The notes under the pieces: generated by a model | Databases searched by the model: none | Told to the model about the DNA's origin: nothing | What the model saw: the letters and a program-made list of their open reading frames with translations, nothing else | Shown: positions 1-12,232 of the stretch, piece after piece | Numbering within the stretch: the first letter of the stretch is position 1 | How the letters are laid out: each line of letters starts with the position of its first letter | Program-made: the position numbers and the translations under genes | Origin: Octopus vulgaris | Lineage: Eukaryota | Reading direction: 5' to 3' | Assembly: GCA_951406725.2 (NCBI GenBank) | Contig: OX597817.1 | Coordinates: forward strand, 131,006,001-131,070,000 | DNA length: 64,000 nucleotides

Positions 1-145
1 CCATGTTATCGTAAAAGACTATTTACTATTTCAAGGGCCTCTGTAGGTGTGTTTGGGTGGGGGGAAGGAAGGGTAATGTGGAACTGAAAAGAGTTTCTTC
101 TTTTTGTCTCTCCTTCACGCATCAATGATTTGGGGGTATTAGTCT

Positions 146-750
146 TTAGAGGTCAGAATGGTGCGAGTGCGTGTGTCTTTGTGTGTGTGTATATACATAT
201 GTGGTGTGAATAGATGTGTCTGTGTGTTTGTAATATCTGGTAGGATGGTGTGTGTATATGTGTGCCCTGTTTGTCAAAAGTGTGTTTGATTGTCTTGGTG
301 TTGTGTGTGTGTGTGTGTATGTATGTGCGTGATTAGCATTTGTCATGGTGCTGTGTGTGTGCATGCGTGTGTATATGTGTGTCTGTATGGAGGTCAGAAT
401 TCTGTGAGTGTGTGTGTGTATATATGTATACATGTGTTTGTGTGCGTGCGGGGGGCTGTTTTTGATTGGTTCCAGGGTCTATTGTGGTGTAAATAGATGT
501 GTGTTTTTTTTATTTGGTAGGATGGTGTGTGTATATGTGTGCCCGTGTGTCAACCGTGTGTGTGATTGTCTTGGTGTTGTGTGTGTGTGTGTGTATTTGC
601 GTGATTGGCATTTGTCATGGTGCTGTGTGTGTGCATGTGTGTGTACATGTGTGTCTGTATGGAGGTCAGAATTCTGTGAGTGTGTGTGTCTTTGTGTGTG
701 TGTATATATGTATACATGTGTTTGTGTGTGTGGGCTGTTTTTGATTGGTC
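146..750. repeat. GT-rich tandem repeat, about 240-275 bp unit, 2-3 copies
   Basis: GGTAGGATGGTGTGTGTATATGTGTGCCC recurs at ~239 and ~516; GAGGTCAGAAT recurs at ~149, ~390 and ~662; embedded (GT)n. Confidence 0.8.
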
Positions 751-759
751 CCAGGGGAA

Positions 760-1170
760 AGAACAACACACACCAAAACACCGCAGATAGAAGAACCCCC
801 AGGAATCATTTTTTGGCAAGGGCATAAGTTTCCACGACACCAGATGTTAGATACCAACCCCGAAAAACCAAATATAGTGAATCTCTCAAACCTAAACCTG
901 TCGACACCACAAATAAAATCCTTTCAAAAGGACTAAAATTCACCCCAACTCAGCAATACCATAACCTGAGGGAAATACTTCCTTATGGTGAACTCCCACA
1001 ACCTAAACCCAAACCCAACACCAGTAAAAGAGAATGGGAAAACATCATATGCTACGAGACAATCATGACGTCACAATAAAGGAAGCAGATAAGGGTAGTA
1101 CGGTCGTTATTATGAATACTGAGCAATATAAAAACTGTGTATCTCACATTTTGGAGGATACTAACATCTT
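760..1170 (+). mobile_element. Penelope-like element, degraded N-terminal/RT-start fragment
   Basis: Translations IVNLSNLNLSTPQIKS..(fs)KGLKFTPT and LRDNHDVTIKEADKGSTVVIMNTEQY match the PLE motifs VINLS..KGL.F.PT and I.IK.ADKG..VVIM. Confidence 0.8.
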
Positions 1171-1266
1171 TTACAATTGCATTTTCAAACCTTCTTTCGT
1201 ATATTTCCATTCGTGCGGTACCTTACAACTCCACTTTGTTATATATATATATATATATATATACAT

Positions 1267-1518
1267 TGTTACATTCATATCTATGTGTATACATAGGTAT
1301 ACGTATGTATGAATACATCCCCACTATGAGGACTATTTTGTAAAGTGCATCTAGTAAACAGTGTCTAAGGCGGATACGCACAGTATGTATCACTCCGCTA
1401 TACAAATACAGTTTGTAAACATGCCAAGTAAATAAACATGTAGAATCATAATAACGCTTTCAGTGAGTTGTTTATTATCCCAACACGAACCAAAAGAATA
1501 CATAGCATGGTGGCAGCG
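1267..1518 (+). mobile_element. Candidate 5' LTR plus primer-binding site of a Gypsy element
   Basis: AATAAA at ~1431, then ...TAGCA followed directly by TGGTGGCAGCG (1508-1518), complementary to the 3' end of tRNA-Leu plus CCA; lies just upstream of gag. LTR start uncertain. Confidence 0.6.
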
Positions 1519-1630
1519 ATAAATACTTAATCGAAAACCGTGCCTTTACAACAAAACAGGAACACAACAAACATGAAATTTAACAAACTGAATATCACTT
1601 CGTCTTCGGAAACACACACGAGGATCTGAA

Positions 1631-2212
1631 ATGGCAGCCCTCATCACTGTACAGATGAATCTACATCCGACCATGAATTGGAACGCCGATGATATCGTGG
1701 AAGCGTTCAAGAAATTCGAACAGAAAACTCAACTGGCTTTCAAAAGCTTCCTTTAAGGTACAACCGCCGATGAAAAGGTAAGCTACATCATTTTATGGAC
1801 GGGAGAGAAGGGCCTAGACCTATTCAATAGTTGGGACATATCAGAATCGTATTGCAATAATCCAGACACACTTTTAGAGGAATTTGAAAGGCAGCTAGAG
1901 CCCAGATCAAACCATAGAATTAATAGGTATGAATTCCAGGGCCTGAAACAAGACCCACAAAAAACGATTGACAACTTCCTGTCCAGACTAAAGAATGTTG
2001 CCAAGAAATGCAGATTTAAAGGCAAGGACGAAAGGATTGTTGATCAACTTATATAGGGGTGTGCTCATAAAGAAGTCCAGAAATCCCTCATAGGTAAGGA
2101 CGCTCTCCAGTTGATAGAAGCAGTAGATAGTGCAAGAGCATTCGAATCCACTACAAAAGAAATGGCCTTACTTACTTTACAAACAAACACAATAGTCAGC
2201 AGTGTAGATATT
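1631..2212 (+). pseudogene. Ty3/Gypsy gag (capsid) remnant
   Basis: MAALITVQ..VSYIILWTGEKGLDLFNSW..LKQDPQKTIDNFLSRLKNVAKKCRF..ERIVDQLI*G..; in-frame stops at 1754 and 2054; truncated by an RTE insertion. Confidence 0.8.
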
Positions 2213-2213
2213 G

Positions 2214-3360
2214 TGATGATGATGACGGCAATCCCTCAAGGTCGAGGATGATGGTCTTCGCGCAAATTTACTGGTGAGTCCGTAGGTGACCGATAAGACC
2301 AATATTTGCTTGAAAAGATCGGTCGCAGTGCGGACATCTTGTGCCGGAAGGGAGAGTCGCACGTGGTTGTTGTTGGGGCTCCTTCCTTCGTCATCTTTTC
2401 TCCTCCAGCTCTGCAGACCTTTTCGACTCGAAAGTCGCCGTTCCCTCATGGATGGTGGTTTTCCAGAGTGGTCTGCGTTTTGCCGTTTCCTCCCAGTTAG
2501 TGAAGTCGATATCACACTTTTTGAGGTTCGTTTTCAGGGAGTCCTTGTAGCGTTTCTTCTGGCCTCCTTTTGTACACTTGCCGTCTTTGAGTTGGGAGTA
2601 GAAGATCTGTTTGGGAAGTCGTTCGTCTGTCATTCTAACCACGTGGCCGCTCCATCTTAGTTGGTCTTTGATGACATAGGCTTCGATGCTGGTCATTTTT
2701 GCTTCTTGTAGCACGCTGACGTTTGTTCCTCTCTCTTCCCAGCTGATGTTAAGGATCTTCCGAAGACAGTGTTGGTGAAATTTCTCGAGCGTTTTCAGGT
2801 GGTGACTATATGGGATCCAGGTTTCGGATGCGTAAAGGAGGGTTGGAATAATGACTGCCCTGTACACCATGAGTTTGGTTTCGGTTCGGATGTCCCGATC
2901 AGCAAAAACTCTTGTTCGAAGCTTGCCGAAAGCTGTTCCTGCACACTTCAGACGGTATTGGATTTCATCGCTGAGGTCAACCTTTGCTGACAGATGGCTC
3001 CCAAGGTAGCAGAAATGGTTCACATTTTCCAGTGGAATTCCTTCGAGTTGAATCGATGGCGGGTTGTCAACACGGGCATTGGAAGGAGGTTGGTAGAGTA
3101 AGTGAATCTTCTTGATGTTAATGCTCAGTCCAAGTTTAGTATATGCATGATGAAAAGCATTTAGGATCTGTTGGAGGAGATCCTCTCTGTAAGTTACTAC
3201 ACTGTTGTCGTCGGCATATTGGAACTCTAGCAAGCTTCGCGCCATTGTCTTTGACGTACTTTTGAGGCGAGCGAGGTTGAAAAGCTTGCCGTCCATTCTG
3301 TACGAGATCTCGATGCCAGGTGGAAGGTCATCTCGTATGATGTGCCACACTGTCGCGATA
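2214..3360 (-). mobile_element. 5'-truncated RTE-clade (BovB-like) LINE, RT C-terminal half
   Basis: ORF 2391-3428 contains YADD, YLGS, LLYASETW, LRWSGHVVRM and GGQKKRYKD; (TCA)n tail at 2214-2225. Confidence 0.92.
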
Positions 3361-3658
3361 ACGTTCATGTGGCTGAGCACTCCACAGACACGTGTACCCA
3401 TAATGTAGTTCTCGGGGAGATTGAGCATGACACAGAATGTGACAAGGCTGGCCCTTTAAAATACAGGTACAACAGAAACAGGAAGAAAGAGTGAGAAAGT
3501 TGTGGTGAAAGAATGTAGCATGGTTCACAACAACCCCCTGCCAGAGCCTCTGGGTGTTTTCGCTCAATAAACATTCACAACGCCCGGTCTGGGAATCGAA
3601 ACCGCGATCCCACGACCGGGAGCCTGCTGCCCTAACCACTGAGCCAATGCACGTCCAC
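3361..3658 (-). mobile_element. tRNA-derived SINE
   Basis: Minus-strand A box TGGCTCAGTGGTTAGG (3631-3646) and B box GGTTTCGATTCCC (3591-3603). Confidence 0.8.
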
Positions 3659-3794
3659 ATATTAGTAATAAAACATGTTAGATCTATGAGTGAATGAATG
3701 AAGCGATCAAAATAACGAGAGAGTATCTTAGCTTAAGAGTTTAAGTGTAAACAGCTGAATTATGTTTTTCTTACTTTTATATATCAGAAGAAAT

Positions 3795-4140
3795 GGCTCG
3801 AGTAAAATCCCCGAAGAAGGCATTAATGGAAGATATAACAATACTAATGATATACAAATCATCCTGGATAGACAGGATGGACTAATTACTTGGTCAAGAA
3901 TGTGTTTTAAGGCAAATAATTAATGCAGTCTTTCGTTTGATAAAGGTCAGCAGAAGAAAGTGACGTTCAAACTAGCAGGAGAAACCAAGCCGAAAGTTAA
4001 AGCGGCGAAACTTGTTAAAAGTTTAGGACGATGGTACACTATTTGGATCATGGCAGAAACAGAAGATGGGTTATAAGCGATAGATAAGTTACGACCTCTG
4101 GGAAAATACGTGATTTGCTGCGTCCAGTTTGATCTCCTTC
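3795..4140 (+). mobile_element. Degraded R2-superfamily (Hero-like) non-LTR RT fragment
   Basis: Manual translation with frameshift and stop: KALMEDITIL / GLITWSRMCFKANN*CSLSFDKG / VKSLGRWY, resembling Hero RAFMDDLT, WARMSFKPAKSRS and VKSLG motifs. Confidence 0.6.
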
Positions 4141-4618
4141 TTGCTTATATATTCCTGAGCATCAATTCTTGTGTACCATTTCAGATACTTTTCCTTTGCA
4201 ATAATGTATGGATGAACAGTTATATGTAGTTAATGAAGTGGTTTTATGCAAATGTAAAGTGTTTTAAAACACCTGATATCACTACATTCAAATGTCTTCA
4301 AATATTACCTGAATCACATGGCATTCTTGCGAACCGGGATGTGGGCAGTTAGAATCAAAGTTTACCAGCAACCACCTTTAACAAAGAGAATAGGTGTATG
4401 TTTAGCCTTGATATCATGCACCATGTGTTTGTGACAAGATCTTTGTTACATTGGAATTAAGCAGGTGAAAGGAATGTTGGTTATTGAGGTCTAGAGAATG
4501 AGAGTACAATGTTATGCCATACATTTGGTACAAATGTAAAAAAGAATTAAGACAAATCTAAGAGAAAAATATTGTTATCAAGTGATAATTAGATTGGATA
4601 ATTGCAACACTATTAGGT

Positions 4619-5334
4619 TATGAGGGTGTGCTGAAATGATCATAGGGTGACTACGAACGAGTGACGCTAGGGATGTGAAATCTCGCAAGCATTAAGTTCA
4701 ACACTTCTTATTAATAACTGCATTATTTTATTCCACGTAAACTGATATCTGAATGTACAAAGACTTGAAGTGTGACTAGTAACGACTTCTTTCGAGAATG
4801 GAGAAAACGTGGTATCGTGTTGTTATCAAGTATCTGCAGAAAGGGTTTAGCCCCAAGAGCATTCGTGTTGACATCGTTGCTATATTAGGTGATGACACTC
4901 CACCTTTATCAACTGTGCAAACGTTGGCAGCTGAATTTAGGAGGGCCTTGGAGAGCACCCGATTTCTGGACGTCCTGCAATGTCCACCACCGAAGAAAAC
5001 ATTTAACATATTCACTGCATGGTGATGGATGACAAGCGATCGACTATAAATCCTTGGTTTCCTTGAGCCATTCCTATAGCAGGATGAGTACTGGATTCTC
5101 AAAAATACTCGGTCGGGAATCGTCATCGCAGTGACGATGACATCATATTTGCTGCTGATGACGTTTTGAAGCAACAGGATGGAATCGTGTTTACCAATGG
5201 GATTGAAGAACTGAAATACCAATGGAAGAAGTGCGTGGACCACAAGGTTGATTGTATTGAAAATACCCTCTCATTTGCTTACATTCCGTGAGAGTATCTT
5301 TGTCAGTCTATGAACTTTTCAGCCGATTTTCATA
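4619..5334 (+). mobile_element. Internally deleted mariner transposon
   Basis: Mos1-type HTH MEKTWYRVVIKYLQKG..PPLSTVQ..AEFRR; C-terminal GIEELKYQWKKCVD; degenerate TIRs TA-TGAGGGTGTGCTGAAA / TTTTCAGCCGATTTTCA-TA. Confidence 0.85.
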
Positions 5335-5572
5335 TGTAGGATGCCTTGATAACAAAAATGAGATTTAGGAAGTTTAGTCTATTCTGTGGTAGACCTGAAG
5401 TTTGAGCTATTTTTTGTACCATTGTAATACGATTAAAAATGTTGGGCAAAACAGTTGTGGTCCCCATTTCGCCATTGATGATACGAATATCTTACGATAA
5501 TAAAATATAGATTATTAATAAATATTAAGGAATTTCACTATAAAATATATAACATGGAGATATTTATTTCAG

Positions 5573-5644
5573 ATACTAAAGAACTGGAGGAAAAGGATCT
5601 CCCGAAAGTGGTACGGCAGTTAGGAAGCAATTGGTGGCAAGTGG
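5573..5644 (+). CDS. Isolated 72-nt exon resembling the first helices of a Death domain
   Basis: TTATTTCAG acceptor, GTGAGT donor, phase 1-1, open frame (D)TKELEEKDLPKVVRQLGSNWWQVG with the L..VA..LG..W..LG pattern. Confidence 0.55.
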
Positions 5645-6501
5645 GTGAGTAGAAAATAAAAATACCTAATTGATTTCTGTAAATTTTACATTCACTTGAG
5701 CCTTTGTATGTCAGAATGACTGAGAACAGGTTCCATTCCTAATTTCCATTTGCACTGTTAACTGTAAAACAATTCTATCATGAAAATGATATCAGGAGAT
5801 TTGATCGAGTCTGGAGATCATTGGGGAATGGTCAGTAGATTTATATGGAGAAGACGGAAGCAAACCTTTAAAATATAAGTTAAGCTACTCGAATGGTTGT
5901 GATACTTTCACTGAATGCATATTAGGTTTTAAAATGTGGGGTTTACATGCATCACAGGTTGTTCACAGAAAGAAAGAAAGAGGGAAAAGAGAAAAGAAAG
6001 AGAGAGAGAGAGAAAGTGAGAGAGAGAGAGTGAGAGAGAGAGATGTTAGTGAGGAAAAGAGACGACTCAGATGGTGCTTGGATTTGACAGTAATGTCCCA
6101 CCGACACGCACAGATGCGGGAGAGAACAACTGAGAAGCTTTCCGACTGGAACACCGATTTCCAGCAGAAGACCCGTGCTGGGATGGCAGCCATTCTCACA
6201 GATGTGTTCGACGCCCCGAAATTGTTTCCACATAACTCCCCGCCAAAGGGACATTATTTAATTAAATTTTCTGTAAATACGCTTCAGGTGGTGATCATTC
6301 TGATTATATCGGAATTTGTAGTGAAACAAATTTGTCTGGGGGCGGAAAGAAGAGTTTCGTAAAATTCACACGAATTGTCTGTTTGCTCAGAACTTTAGCA
6401 AAAATGGGTTATTTTCTAATGTAATTTTCTGCAAATACGTTTCTGAGTGTGTAAAATGCGATTATATTGGAATTTGATGTGAAAAGAAAAATAATGAGCA
6501 T

Positions 6502-6544
<43 letters not shown>

Positions 6545-7621
6545 CACATCACAATTTTCTTCGCCGTTTGAAGTTTCTTTTTGTCGATATGTGACCTGTT
6601 GTATCATGTATGTGCACTAATCAATCAAATTTATTTTCTCATATTCATTTCCGATATAATTGTAATCGACACACTCTGAAAGGCATTTATTAAAAATTCC
6701 ATTAAAAATTTACCATTTTTCTGAAAGTTATGAAAAACGCCAGACGCCTTCTGTGAATTTTCCAAAACTCCTCACCCAAAAGTAGGAAAAATGTTTTCAT
6801 CATATATTCCGATATAATCGCAATCTATACCATCAGAAGCATAGATTTAGAAAATGTAATTTAAAATATCCATTTTCTGGAAGCTCTGAGAAAAGAAATT
6901 CGGGTGTCACACATCTGTAGCAATACCAAAAAGCATTTAATATCTCCACACTCAACTCCTTCATAATTGTCGAGATGCGTCAGTTTCCGTCGGTTTCTGT
7001 TCTCGTAGTTGTTTCCCCGCCACAGCTCCGTCACACATCCATGAGACACTTCAAGGTAGAGCGACCTACGATGAGTAAAAACAGTGTGTCGAGATGTTTC
7101 GGTTGTAGAGGCGTCGTCACTATGAGCTGAATTTTTCTCCGTTTGATTCAATTGTTTCCTGTTCTATTCTCATCACTTCCGGTCTGATCCCTTTCGTTCT
7201 CGAAGTTTACTTTCACATTTTTGCAGCTTAAAATAGGACGACAACCAGTGAACGGCTGCACTAAATTGCTCTTTCATTGCATATTCTTGCTCGATTCTCT
7301 TTGTAGTGGACAATCAATGGCTTATCTCTGCAGTTATCTGACCAAATGCCAATTGGAAAATAGAAACCATTAGATTGAGGGAAATGTTTGTGTGTCGTGT
7401 TAAAATAATGATTTTTTTATGCAAGAATTTATTCAAAAGCAGCAACTATTCTTCAAAATAAAGACCAAACACATCGCACGAACTTTTTCCTCAACTTGAA
7501 TCAATTTTTTAGCAATTAAAAAATAATGAAGAGGTTTCATTTCGTATGCGAAATTTGGCTGTTATTTTTAGCAGCTGCAGTCACAATAGGGGGAGTGTGA
7601 CGTTTGAAGGGAGGAATGAAA

Positions 7622-7697
7622 AATCGCAATATTAAAAAGGCGAGTAAGAATCGCAATATTAAAAAGGCGAGTAAGAATAGCAATATTAAAAAAGCGA
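7622..7697. repeat. 27-bp tandem repeat, about 2.8 copies
   Basis: AATCGCAATATTAAAAAGGCGAGTAAG repeated head to tail without spacers. Confidence 0.9.
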
Positions 7698-7914
7698 AAG
7701 TTTTAGATGTCAAACGAAAAGGAATCAGCTATGTTGGAAAATGTTCGATATTTATTGATATTGTGTTATAAACACTTCGATCTATTATTAAATCATATTT
7801 GGAAATCTTCAAATTCTGCGCAGTAAAATAGATATTAAACACAAAAGAAAATAATAAAATTTAAAGCAAATAGGGATACAATAAGAGTTATTGTTCTTAT
7901 CCTTTCAAAGTTAG

Positions 7915-9670
7915 AATCTCTCTGATTCTCTGTCTTTTTCTCCTCACACCTCATTATTTATCCTTTCCCTTCTCTTGCTTTCTGTCTTAATCCCCCACCC
8001 ACTTCTCTGTACCCTACGAAACACTCATAGCATCTTCGTTCAATCTCTCTCTCTCCCTTTCTCTCTTTCTCCTTATCTCTCTCTTTCTCTCTTCTCTCTC
8101 CCCCCTTATCTCTCTGTTTCTCTCTTCTCTCTCTCCCTTACTATATATAATGCTATATCACTCCACCTGTCTTATTCTTCTCCTGCTCTCTCATTTTCTC
8201 CCTCTCTCTCTCTCTCTCTGCAACCTCATACATTAATACACCCCTCCCTTCCCTATGATTTCTCTTTCTCTTTCTCTCTCTCATGCACACACACAGACGC
8301 ACTCTTTCTTTCTCTGTTACCTCGTACATTAACATATACCTTCCCTTCACTACATTTTCTCTCTCTCTCTCTTTCTTTCTTTCTCATCACCCCATATATT
8401 ACTGTATACCTCCCCTTCCCCTTCCCTATCTCTCTTTTTCTTCCTTTCTCTCTCTCTCACCCTTTCTCTCTATCTATCTATCTCCCCCACCTCCTTATAT
8501 CTTACCCTTTCCCTCTTCCTCTCCTTTTATTTCTAAGAAACGTTACTAAGAAACGTTACAAATAAATTATATTTTTAGATTTGTCTTAAAATTTCTCTCT
8601 CGCTAATTATTTTACTAGAAGCTAATTATTTAATTAATGATTAATTACATAATTACTGTGTAGTTCATAACTGAGGAAATTAAATAGTCGAGGCATTTAC
8701 GGACAATCTAAGAAGCATTTATTCAAAGAATCGTCCTATACATGGTTTGCCATCATGCTAGAAATAACCGCCCAGTACAAAGTTACGTCGGTTTTCATAC
8801 AAAATTGAAAGGCAATTTAAATGAGAAACTAAGTGAAGAAGCGTCTAGAAAACGTATTGGTGGCCTGGTATCTTGCTAGAAATAACAGCCCACCACACTA
8901 TACTTTACATTGTTTTCATGAAGGTCGCTTTAAGGATCTTCTGGAGAAATATTGCCCAATTGGGGATGTAATGTGATGCTAGAAATAACAGCCAAGTATG
9001 TTAAAGTTTGGTTTTGTCTTTCATATAAAAATGAAGGACACTTAGAAAATTTTCTCTCTCCTTCCTCATTCTGTATCAATACATCACCCCACCCATCTTC
9101 CTTTCTCTAATACATGATAGACTCCCTCTCTTATCACACACACACACACACATCATTCGCTGTCCTTCTCTACCCCCTCGCTCTCTATCTGACACTTCTT
9201 CATATGTTATTATTTAACTCCACCTCCCTCACCCCTTGTTCTCTCTCAACTCATACTCTCCCTCCATCACAAAACATATATCTCATACATCATCTCTGCT
9301 TCCTTCTCCCCCTCTCTCACTATTTGCATCTCTCCTTCCCTCTTTACCGCCTCATACATCATATCTCTCTACTTCTTTTGCTTTCCCTCCCGTGTCGCAC
9401 TCTCCCTCTTTTTCTAAACCTGTGTTTCATTCTCTTTCTCCACCTCATTATATCATATTCTATCACTAAATCCCTCCCACTGTTTCCCTTACCTCATTAT
9501 TTACTGTTTATGGAAATCTTATATATACCCCCTTTCTACTCTCTTTATATCTCCCTCTATTTCTCTCTGTCTGTCTTTCTCTCTCTTTACTATATAGCTT
9601 TCTCTCTCACACATCTCTTTCTCCCTGCCCCTTCGTATGTCTGTTTGTCTCTCTGTTTCTCCCACCACTG
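7915..9670. repeat. CT-rich low-complexity tracts (7915-8530, 9050-9670)
   Basis: Degenerate (CT)n polypyrimidine; ORFs here are S/L/F/P-rich artefacts. Confidence 0.85.
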
Positions 9671-9677
9671 ACACCGA

Positions 9678-11376
9678 ACTCTATATCTACTATGCAATTT
9701 ACACCAGCAATGCTACAACGCCACCTTAAGAATAAACGCAACTATGCCTCTCCTGGTCTCGATGGTGTTACATACCTACTTCTCAAACGCGGTAGGTACT
9801 TTCTTCTAAGCCAACTTTCTCTATTCTTCCAATTCTGTCTTGACAATGGTGTTACTCCAGAGCAGTGGAAAACTGCCAGTGTTATCCCTCTGTTCAAAAA
9901 AGGTGACCGCACATCGCCTGTCAACTATCGCTCCGTTAGTCTTACTAGCTGCATCGCCAAACTGATGGAATCCTGTGTCAGGGAAACCCTTTGGAACTTC
10001 TGGAAGTCTCACAGCCTCATCCAGCCGTCACAATTTGGATTTATTCCTAACTCCACCTGCTGTAATAAACTCATTGAGTTTCTTGAGGACATTACCCAAA
10101 TCACTGATCGCGGATCCTGGGTGGATGTTGTTTACCTGGACTTTGCTAAGGCTTTTAACTCTGTGCCACACAAAAGACTTGTGGTGAAACTCTCTGCGTT
10201 GGGCGTAAGAGATGAACTCTATAACTGGTTGAAGTCCTTTATTTTCGGCCGAAAAGAGGTTGTCACAGTTCTAGGACAGCACTCTTCACCCTATGAGATG
10301 ACATCTGGTGTACCACAGGGATCTGTTCTTGGTCCTCTTTTATTTGTTGCATATGTTAATGACATAGATGCCAACATAAAGAATGCCACAGTGCTGAAAT
10401 ATGCAGATGACATCAAGCTGTACCTCAAAATAAAGAGGTCAGATACTGTACACTATAGATCTCTATTGCAAGCAGACCTGGACACAATGCAGCAGTGGAT
10501 CATGGACAGGCAACTCAAGCTGGCTGTGGACAAATGTACCACCATGCATTTTGGGAGGAGAAACCCAGCGTCCACTTACTCCCTCCGCAACACTAATCTC
10601 AAAAAGTCTTCGTGTGAACGTGACCTGGGTGTTATTGTCGACAGCGATTTGCGTTAGACAAAACACATCGCTAAAATTGCCAAGAAGGCTGAGGGTGTCT
10701 TGGCATCACTCACCAAGTCCATTGTGAGCCGATTTTCGGCTATCTATCTGCGGCTTTATATAGCTATGGTAAGACCTCACCTGGAATTTTGCATCACCGG
10801 TCTGGAACCCCTATCTTGCCAGGGATATTAATCGTCTGGGAGCCGTTCAGCGACGTGCAACCAAAAGAATACCCTCCATCAGGCATTTGCCATATTCTGA
10901 ACGCCTTACTTCCCTGGGCATGGACACATTGAAACTCCGACGTCTGACAGCTGACTTGGCAGACACCCATAAAATTATTAACCATCTTACAAACAATAAC
11001 TCTGAGCACCTTTTCAAACTCCACCCGTCTAACACCCGTGGACATATTTACAAAGTCAGAAAACAGCACAGCTCCTGTGACTTTAGGAAACATTTTTTCA
11101 CGCTGAGAGTTGCTGAAGCATGGAACAAACTGCCGGAATCAGTTGTTAGTTGTCGGAGCACTGCATCCTTCAAAACTTCCATGCTTTCTGAGATTCGCCA
11201 ACACTACACCTGGTTTTCTCCCCTCCATACACACACAAGCATGTATCTGACTCATACATTGTTCGCTTTCCAGACATTTGTACGTTACTGCGTATACTTT
11301 ATACACACTTTCTGACAAGTTGTGGTGCACCTGAGCACTGTATACAATAATTTCATTATTATTATTTTATTATTAC
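9678..11376 (+). mobile_element. 5'-truncated CR1-group LINE with 3' UTR
   Basis: SPGLDG, NYRSVSLTS, YLDFAKAFNSVPH, GVPQGSVLGPLLF, KYADD; premature TAG at 10655, frameshift ~10790; (TTA)n tail. Confidence 0.93.
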
Positions 11377-11388
11377 TCTATGTTGCTA

Positions 11389-11389
<1 letters not shown>

Positions 11390-11460
<71 letters not shown>

Positions 11461-12080
11461 CTCATTATATATTAACGCTCCGCCTTTTTTCTCTTTATCT
11501 CTCTACTGAATATTTATTGTTCTAATCCCCCCTCTCTCTCTCTTCTCCCTTTCTATCTCTCCCTCCGCCTCTTTTATTTCATCCATTTTTACAGAATCAC
11601 TCTTATTTTTTCTTTCATTTTTCTTTCTTTCTTCATTTGTTTCTCATTCTTTCTTAATTTCCTTCTTTTGTTTTCGTTCTTTCTTTTCTTCTTCTTTCCT
11701 TCTTCCTTGCTTCTTTCCTTTTTCTTGTCGCTTTCTTTTCTTTTTCTTTCTTTGTTTTTTCCTTTGCTTTCTCTTTTTCTCTCTCTCTCCCTCCCTCCTA
11801 TTCTTATCTTTCTTTCCTTCCTTTTTCTTTCTTTATTTCCTTCCTTCTTTCTTTTTTCTTTCTCTCTCTCCATCTCTCTTTCTTTCTCTATTTTTTCTCT
11901 CACTCTCTCCCACTCTCATCTGTTAATATATTATGGAATCACTTCACTTTCTTTCTTTCATTCTCTCTTCTTTCTTTCTTTCTTTCTTTCTTTTCTTACT
12001 CCTCTATTTCTTTCTTTCGTCCTTCCTACTTTCTATTCTTTCATTTTCCCTCTTTTCTTTCTTCTTTTCTCCCTTCCTAT
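11390..12080. repeat. (CT)n microsatellite and polypyrimidine tract
   Basis: Visible directly in the sequence. Confidence 0.9.
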
Positions 12081-12094
12081 CCAAAAATAAAAGT

Positions 12095-12232
12095 ATATTA
12101 AAAGACCAAAAAATATCAACTAGATTATGGCTGGGAGACACCAGTTTATTTAAAGTAACCACCCTCAGGTTCCATCATGATCCCAAGACAGCTCTAGAAC
12201 CTGGCATATGTGTCCCTCACTTTGTCCCTGGA
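12095..12232 (-). mobile_element. Tc1/mariner transposase C-terminal fragment (paralog of 33146-33400)
   Basis: Aligns by eye to 33170-33300, which encodes ARFWSCLGTMVEAESGYFE*. Confidence 0.55.

Noticed and set aside
146-857. Many overlapping ORFs rich in C/V or H/T (also 53.4-54.4, 57.3-59.0 and 62.4-63.4 kb)
   Set aside because: Translations of (GT)n, (TA)n and (CT)n microsatellites
3585-3658. tRNA gene
   Set aside because: A and B boxes are present but continue into a SINE body with no acceptor stem or terminator
4185-4395. Possible exon after TTTCAG upstream of the Death-domain-like exon
   Set aside because: Stops in all three frames and no recognisable motif
7622-7697. 27-bp repeat as a CRISPR-like array
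   Set aside because: No spacers, eukaryotic context, no cas genes
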